Below, piece after piece: positions 56,716 through 64,000 of a stretch of DNA of 64,000 nucleotides. The notes below the pieces were generated by a model. That model ran no database searches and was not told where the DNA came from. It was given only the letters and a program-made list of their open reading frames with translations. The position numbers and the translations under genes are program-made. The first letter of the stretch is position 1. Each line of letters opens with the position of its first letter. This DNA comes from Macrostomum hystrix (Eukaryota; Animalia; Platyhelminthes), in contig CATNEN010000002.1 in NCBI GenBank assembly GCA_950097015.1, forward strand, positions 6,696,001 to 6,760,000. Reading direction: 5' to 3'.

Positions 56716-58541
56716 CCTACAAGCTGCAAGGAAAAGCTAGAAGCACGCCTTGTGGACATCATAAACGTGAGTTGGAGTGCAGGCTATTGTGCTATGCTCT
56801 CCAGCTATGTTGAGTACCAAATTAAGATACACGAGTATTTCCTATCGATTTGAGTCGGAGGACTATGATCAGGGCAATGGTCCTTGTCCAAAGTTTTCAA
56901 TGACAAACTTTCTTCTCAAAGGTTAAAAATAGTCCGAAATAGTTTTTCTAAGGGACAGACAGGATTTCAACTTAAAGTTGGCTGGTATTGCAAATCCGAT
57001 TCGACGCTGTGTCGAGTAAGTCTCTGGAGTGCTCGGCATTGAAAAATTAGAAATCTAATATTTATGAGGCGATAGTCAAGCGTCAGTGACGTTGACGCCA
57101 CTATCCGAACTTTTTTCGCCCTCGCTAGTTCTATAAAAAACATATTTTATAAATTTTGAATGACAGCTTCAAAAATTATTCTGTTCGACTTCTGGTGGAA
57201 AAAGCTGTCGCGGTTCCCATAAAATGAGGATTTCGAGAGGTGGCCGAACAGTGATCACAGGAACAAACTCAATTTCGGGGGCGCAAATATATGCCGATTG
57301 GACAGGAAAATGTGCAGCACCAGCGCTCAAATTCCAACTGACCAGCAGCGAATTTGCTTATGCATTCCAATGCCCTGGACTTTTTGCTAACAGAATTAAC
57401 TGTGCCGTGTCGACCACCAGGGAAATTTCGCTGTTACCTCCTTGCCGCGACTCTGCAGCAATTCACATCATACACGTGTACAGGATCCGGCCCTAGCTCA
57501 GAGGGGTTAAATATTAATTTCAGAATGAATGAAGGCCTGTTGTATATTTTACCCATTGCCATCGGCCTATTGGACAACAGAGCCTGCTTATGCCTGAATT
57601 CTAGTGATTCTCTAGATTCGTCATTGTTCTCTCACTGAAACCAGACCAGACCAGTCAACTCTATTAGGCTTTCCGCCATTCAAACAGAGCGCCAGAGATT
57701 AGGATCTGTTTCATTGCCGATCGGTGGTTGCCTGTTTCTATCCCCAGAAAACACGCTCGTATTTGTACATTTTAATGGCTCTTGAAGCCTCTGTTTTTTA
57801 TGTTCTTCGAGGCATTCACAGAAAATGATACCTCAAATTCATATCCGACCGTTTCTTATCCGTTAGGCATCTCTCCGTGCATTGGCAGACTCGACACGAT
57901 TCAGTGTAGAATAAGAGCTCTTGGCATTTTTTCCTCTTCACAATGATGGAGATAATGAGCAATGGTGCGGCCCGAAAATTGAGCCCCTCCGAGATGACGC
58001 GGCACCAAGCATATCAACGTATACCCTGCCACCTATATCTATTCCACAGTACAAGGCCTAGCTAGCAAATCCAATGCTTGCCATCTACAGATATATCAAA
58101 AGTGTCTGCTTGCACATTAATGAACGGCAAGGATAGCGATGCACTCTCATACTGAGTTCTAGCTGCGAGAGTAAAACGGTAGCGATGCAATAAAGACTCG
58201 ACGGACCGACCATGAATTGCAGTCCCGCAGATAAAAAATAATGAGACAAGAAGTTAGACCTTTAGTCCGGTCGTTTTGCAATATATTTTTCGAGTTGGGC
58301 GATAAGGAACTTTCTATGCATTGTTGGAGCAAACAAAGAACAAAGAGTCTGAACTGAACTAGCTGAACAGAGTCGAATCAGTCTGGCATAGCTGAGAATT
58401 GTGACCACTTGCAACTTATTTACCTTCTCGGGGCGGGGAGGTCACTGCGGAGCTTTTAGTACAGAACTCTAGTTGACTGGAAAAACTGTTTTTGAACATG
58501 CTGGGCTCGAAAATTCGCGCTGTCTGCCCCGTGCGAACTGA

Positions 58542-59141
58542 TTAGTCCGAATCTTCTTCGTCTTCTTCGTCGGACGAGCCATTGCGCTTGCCGCCAAGCC
58601 TGGGGCTGGGATAGTAGGCCTTCTTGCCCAGCCTAGGACTGACGTACCAGGCCTTCTTGCCCAGTCTAGGACTGACGTACCAGGCCTTCTTGCCCAGTCT
58701 AGGACTGACGTACCAGGCCTTCTTGCCCAGCCTCGGGCTGACGTACCAGGCCTTCTTGCCCAGTCTAGGACTGACGTACCAGGCCTTCTTGCCCAGCTTC
58801 GGGCTGACGTACCAGGCCTTTTTGCCCAGCCTCGGGCTGACGTACCAGGCCTTCTTGCCCAGCCTCGGGCTGACGTACCAGGCCTTCTTGCCCAGCCTCG
58901 GGCTGACGTACCAGGCCTTCTTGCCCAGCCTCGGGCTGACGTACCAGGCCTTTTTGCCCAGCCTGGGGCTCGCATAATAGGCCTTCTTTTCCTCGCTCAC
59001 CTGTGCCACGCTTTTCTTGCTAGCATCGTCAGCCACCCTCTCGACATGACTGTCGCTATCGTGCTTCTCAGCGGTTGCGAAGTTCATCATCGCAACCATC
59101 ACCAGGATGACTATGACGCCAGCTGTACCACCGACACGCAT
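58542..59141 (-). CDS. Neuropeptide prepropeptide, PRXamide/pyrokinin-like (AWYVSPRL-amide x9 plus variants)
   Basis: Signal-like N-terminus (VIVILVMVAMMNFATA). Twelve 11-aa units with KK dibasic cleavage sites and Gly amide donors: AYYASPRLG, 9x AWYVSPRLG, AWYVSPKLG, AYYPSPRLGG-KR. Acidic C-terminal spacer. Single-exon 199-aa ORF. Confidence 0.93.
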   Translation of the reverse strand: MRVGGTAGVIVILVMVAMMNFATAEKHDSDSHVERVADDASKKSVAQVSEEKKAYYASPRLGKKAWYVSPRLGKKAWYVSPRLGKKAWYVSPRLGKKAWYVSPRLGKKAWYVSPKLGKKAWYVSPRLGKKAWYVSPRLGKKAWYVSPRLGKKAWYVSPRLGKKAWYVSPRLGKKAYYPSPRLGGKRNGSSDEEDEEDSD

Positions 59142-59771
59142 AGTTATTGTGTTCTACTAGTGCTTGATTCGATGGGAACAATTGAGGTACAATGGCTTGA
59201 TTGCTTGGCTTTTGCCGCGCCTGTTCTCAAATAGCTGATGCTCTCTTTCCTTTACTTTGTTTGCCTCTCTTAAACCTTGAAAACAGACGCGTCAGCAACT
59301 AAGTAAAAGTGATACGGCTGGGCAAATTTATCCTATTTTTCTCTACCCTGCCTGTGCGAATGAGCAAGCTTTGGAGAGCTTCAACACTCATTGGCTCCTC
59401 CTGGGGCGCTGAAGCGGTGGGCTGTGGATGTCGTGAAACCAATCAGAACCGGAGCAGCATGCTTTGATGAGACCAGTGTGAAACTTGACACCTCCTCAGT
59501 TGTTTGCCCACCAAAACAGTTTGCTAATCCTGAATTTGGTGATTATTGTTTCTTACTGTCTTTTTTTCTTTGTGAGTACTCCACAATGAACTTTTTTGCT
59601 AAGCAAAACCATCTAGCTGAAAACCCTCGTAGCCATTGATACTTAGTCCAGTTGGGCCAGATGTATAGCAATTGTTTGGCACAGCTGCAGCTATTGCTCA
59701 GCTCTTCCAAAGGCTGTGTACAGCTGTTCAGTGCGTGGACTGAAGATGATGTCACAACAACTCAAATTTCT

Positions 59772-59870
59772 AACACAGCTGATGCTGGTATCCATTTTAC
59801 AGCTGTGTGAACTGAAGCACAAGGGAAGTGCTCAAGGACACAAATTGTTTCTCTTGGGCTAAAATCCAAA
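59772..59870 (-). mobile_element. SINE family B fragment
   Basis: Reverse complement AATTTGTGTCCTTGAGCACTT...GCTTCAGTTCACACAGCTGTAAAATGGATACCAGCATCAGCTG. Confidence 0.7.
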
Positions 59871-59989
59871 ATGTCTACCTGTCGGTCAGAAATCTGAAAA
59901 TCGAACCAATCAGCTACAAGTGCACACTGGGCAACAAGTACCCGCTGAAATGCAAGCTCCTAGTCGACTACCCGCACGAATACAATACC

Positions 59990-60560
59990 CACTCGACTAC
60001 AATACCCACAAGACTGCAATACCTACTCGACTACAGTACCCGCACGACTACAATACCCAATCGACTACAATTACCCACTGGACTACAATACCCACTGGAC
60101 TACAATACCCACTGGAATACAATACCCACTGGACTACAATACCCACTGGAATACAATACCCACTGGAATACAATACCCACTGGACTACAATACCCACTGG
60201 AATATAATACCCACTGGACTACAATACCCACTGGAATACAATACCCACTGGACTACAATACCCACTGGAATACAATACCCACTGGAATACAATACCCACT
60301 GGAATACAATACCCACTGGACTACAATACCCACTGGAATACAATACCCACTGGAATACAATACCCACTGGAATATAATACCCACTGGACTACAATACCCA
60401 CTGGAATACAATACCCACTGGAATACAATACCCACTGGAATACAATACCCACTGGACTACAATACCCACTGGAATACAATACCCACTGGAATACAATACC
60501 CACTGGAATACAATACCCACTGGAATACAATACCCACTGGAATGTAATACCCTCTTGACT
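59990..60560. repeat. 17-bp minisatellite (TACAATACCCACTGGAM)n
   Basis: About 33 units. Explains the 59828..60547 ORF. Confidence 0.96.
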
Positions 60561-61409
60561 ACAATAACCACATGACTACGACGCACAGTTCACTAAAAAG
60601 TACCCACTTTGCGTTAAGTCAATCGTTGGCCGATTCTGACTAGTTATTTATTTTTTTAGATATTAAAAGTAAATTTTCATCTGGAAAGTATTGGAAGTTT
60701 CAGGCATGATTATATTTCTAATACATCTAGTTAATGTTTTAGGATGGCAGTTAATTTTTTAACGTCAACTCAGCTGTAACGATGGACGAAGCAATGAAAT
60801 TAATAAATCATGAACGTTTTTTGCTAATCGGTCCAGGGGAGTCTACAGCTGAGTAGATCTCAGTGAAAAGTTAACGGCCGAAGGCAATATGATCGAGGGA
60901 ACTCAGAGACGTGAGGTGATCCGGGACATGCACCAATATTGGTGGGTTTCGCACCAATGCGCAGCTGAAATGTACTCCAAACAAAAAGGAATTTGTTTTT
61001 TTCTATATACTAAGGGTACTCCAAGAAGCGATGCGGGCCTGTAATAACCTCGCATTGGTTTTGCGACCTTTCTCTTACTAGGGAAAGTTTCTTCTGCCCA
61101 AAGTCGCAATCATCTAAATGATTCAGAAGGCTCAGCTAAACTGGAGTGACCCCCAGACCCCCAGGCCTGAAGCATAACTTTCAATCCCAGAGTCCAGACG
61201 GTTAATTATCATTCATTTGCTCCTTGGGAATTATTCTGAACGAATTCGAAAAAGGAACCGAAATTTATCTTCCTAATTTTGAGATTGTTTTTCGAGTTCA
61301 TTGCTTTCGCATCAAATAAACACGCGATCAATCAGTTTAGCCCGCTAATACTACTTACTATTCAGTTAGTATATTGTGATGTCTTCAGGGCTTATCACAA
61401 ACACTAGAC

Positions 61410-61884
61410 AACAAGGTTGTGAGAGAAGAGACTATTGTCATACACTCTGACAGCCAAGCAGCAATACCAACTGGAGCTCAGGTAAGTCACTGAACTCAAC
61501 CTCGTGGCTAGTTGTCATACATTCAGGCTGAGCTGGGTTCCACGAAAGCCAGTCTACCCAGAGAACCAGCTGATGGGGGTGGCTGAACCCTCGTGGGCTC
61601 GTTCAGGGTCTCGATCCACACCGTCATCATCAATCGTCAAATCAATAACTATAGGCTCAGTTCCTTCAGTTCAGACACCAAGAACTGCCAGCAGTCTTTT
61701 GTCGCTGTTCCGCGCCAATCGTGCAGGCTCAGCAACATCTGTCAGAAGGCTACCTCGCCAGGCACTTTTTCCTCTGGGGCGACCATACTGCGAGTACGAC
61801 AACGAAGATGCTGAGCACTTTATCTGTCCCCGCTCGTCTATGGACAAGGTTCACCAGCCCGACAGCATCGTCCAGTTCCTTTGA
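61410..61884 (+). mobile_element. Decayed non-LTR retrotransposon ORF2 fragment (RNase H plus C-terminal Cys/His motif)
   Basis: IVIHSDSQAAI, LNLVASCHTFRLSWVP..EN and PYCEYDNEDAEHFICP lie in shifting frames with a stop. This motif order is typical of RNase H-bearing LINE ORF2s. Confidence 0.7.
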
Positions 61885-62994
61885 CCGGGCTGGGTAAACA
61901 GTCCGTTTCTATGGCGATCAATGGATAATGCGTGAGTTACGCTGTAAGCGTATAGCGTGTTAGACACACGGGGGCAGGTGTGTTTGTGTGCATGCGTGCG
62001 GCCGTCGGTGCACCTTAGTGCTCTCCGCTAGCCCCGCGTCTCGTTGGGGGTTGAAGCCACGAACTAGGGCCGCCTACCTGTGTCGCCAATCACAACAGTT
62101 TTTAAAAGGAAAATAAATAAATTTTATAAATATAAAAAAAGTATCGCTATCCCTTTGGGAGTGTCGCTCGCTTTCGTCTCGTCCAATTTTTCCGCCTTCC
62201 CCAGGTGTTTAACACCTGAATAGCTGGTGCCAGCTTGCAGGACTTACACCAAAGCGATACATTGAACTACCTATGAATCGTTGGAATTTGCTACAATGTC
62301 TATATTAGCTGTGCTATCTTCCCAGATTGTTTAACTCCTGTCCTCAATAAGGCGATCGATAGGTAAATGGATACAACAGCTCCTCTTGTACGTTCGCTTT
62401 CCAAAGAGGCCCATCAGATCCTAATGAAATTCAGATGCTTTCAATCAGTTTTAGTTTTTTCATCGCATGCATTAACTGGTGTAGCGTTTCAGGAGAGCTA
62501 ATTTATCTATAAGAATGAGAACTCAAAGAAGCAAGCTAGCAACAGGTAAAAGGTGCATATTTGTGATATATCTGGGAGCCTGAATGAATTTTTTTGAAAT
62601 ATTCATTCACGTTTCCAGGTTTCGTTTCACCCACGGAAGTAGATCAGAGTTGAGCTTCGATTCGTTGTTTAAATTCAAATTTGCTCAATAAAGTTCTACT
62701 ACCAATCTCATGCAAAAATTGGTTTATTTATTCTCTTCAATGACTTTATCTTCTTGACCACAAGTTACTACTTACTAGTACTATATTACTTTAAAGTCTG
62801 TAAAAGCTTGCTGGTATTAAAAATTACGATTTTTTTTAAATAACACAATATTTTTTTGTTTAGATAAAAACATTCAAGTCTAAAGGTCGCCAATGTCGAC
62901 CCATTTTTTCTAGCATAGTTGCTAGCATAGTTTTCTAGCATAGACTGCCTAGCCTTAAGATCAAATGGACGTATGATCTCACAATTTTGAGCTC

Positions 62995-63490
62995 TCCATT
63001 GTCTCATTTCTCCCCTGCCACATCTCTCCCTAGCAACATCTCTCCACAGTCTCATTTCTCCCCCTGCAACATCTCTCCACTATCTCATTTCTCCCCTACC
63101 ACATCTCTCCCCTATCTCATTTCTCCCCTGCCGCATCTCTCCCCTGCCACATTTCTCCCCTGCCACATCTCTTCCCTGCCACATCTCTCCCCTGCCACAT
63201 CTCTCCAATGTCTCATTTCTCACCTGCCACATCTCTCCCCTGCCACATCTCTCCTGTGTTTCTCCAGTGTCTCATCTCTCCTGTGTTTCATCTCTCCCAT
63301 GTCTCATCTCTCCAGTGTCTCATCTCTCCTGTGTTTCATCTCTCCCATGTCTCATCTCTCCAGTGTCTCATCTCTCCAGTGTCTCATCTCTCCAGTGTCT
63401 CATCTCTCCTGTGTTTCATCTCTCCCATGTCTCATCTCTCCTGTGTTTCATCTCTCCCATGTCTCATCTCTCCTGTGTTTCATCTGCTAC
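62995..63490. repeat. Pyrimidine-rich ~16-bp minisatellite (CTCATCTCTCCCATGT-type)
   Basis: Degenerate C/T-rich tandem with several unit variants. Source of the 62987-63585 ORFs. Confidence 0.92.
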
Positions 63491-64000
63491 AGGGCTCTCT
63501 CTTTAATATTCTCTACTGTAATGTTACACTCTCACTATTACTGTCTCTACTCTCATTAATACCAATATTACCTTATAGTTACTAAGATCACTATTTCCTA
63601 CAAGTGGCGCTGCCACCAAGCAGAAGGGACTGCTATCAGAGGAATGTTCCTAAGATATTACTTATTTATACTACTAAATGCACTTTTATTTATCTAGGGT
63701 AACGTTTTTCTCTTTCTCTCTCTTGTACGTGTATGCGTGGCCTGAGAGGTCTTTTGGCACCGGTTATGCACTCAATCCGTCAGGCGTACCTGTGGATTAG
63801 AGGGCCACAGCAATAAGCCTTTGGATACCTATGGATAGACTCCGAAATTCGGGTATTACTCTCCGAAAGTACTTCTTCGGGAATTAATCTGGTTATCCTC
63901 TGAATATTCTATTCGGGTCAACTGTCTTTCATATCCTCTGAACTCTCCTGTTCAGGTAAAACTTTCTCACTCTCTGAACACTCTGCTCAGGTATAGATTC

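Noticed and set aside
58469-58977. Alternative-frame ORFs over the neuropeptide repeat (PGTSARGWARR; PSLGLTYQAFL)
   Set aside because: These are shadow frames of the 33-nt repeat. Only the 58542-59141 frame has a signal peptide, dibasic sites and amide donors.
61482-61526. Apparent 45-nt GTAAGT...TTCAG intron
   Set aside because: Removing it deletes residues that align with RNase H and leads to an early stop. It is better read as chance sites in a decayed LINE.

Overview
Intron-containing animal genomic DNA with no prokaryotic features. Short introns, dense minisatellites and a PRLamide precursor would fit a free-living flatworm such as Macrostomum, but that is unverified inference. I rebuilt five protein-coding loci by hand from splice sites and reading-frame continuity. 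(1) A partial SUEL-lectin single-pass membrane protein (+, 2424-3561). (2) A couch potato/RBPMS/MEC-8 family RRM gene (-, 8 coding exons, 23590->5812). (3) An intronless LSm3 (+, 30443-30784). (4) A large secreted modular gene (+, from 32457) with 3 VWA domains, Cys-rich modules, a TIL domain, Trp-less TSP1-like repeats and SEA-like modules. Its last exons exist as two tandem diverged sets (A 45449-47938, B 48849-56004), each able to splice in frame to the shared 5' exons, giving about 1600 or 1730 aa. (5) A neuropeptide precursor with 12 (W/Y)xSPRL-amide-type copies (-, 58542-59141). The rest is about 24 tandem arrays, two tRNA-headed SINE families, a small TIR element between ~120-bp direct repeats, and a decayed LINE RNase H fragment. 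The strongest lead is the switchable 3' cassette of the VWA gene, whose first exon appears homogenised by gene conversion. Most long ORFs in the supplied track are artefacts of tandem repeats.
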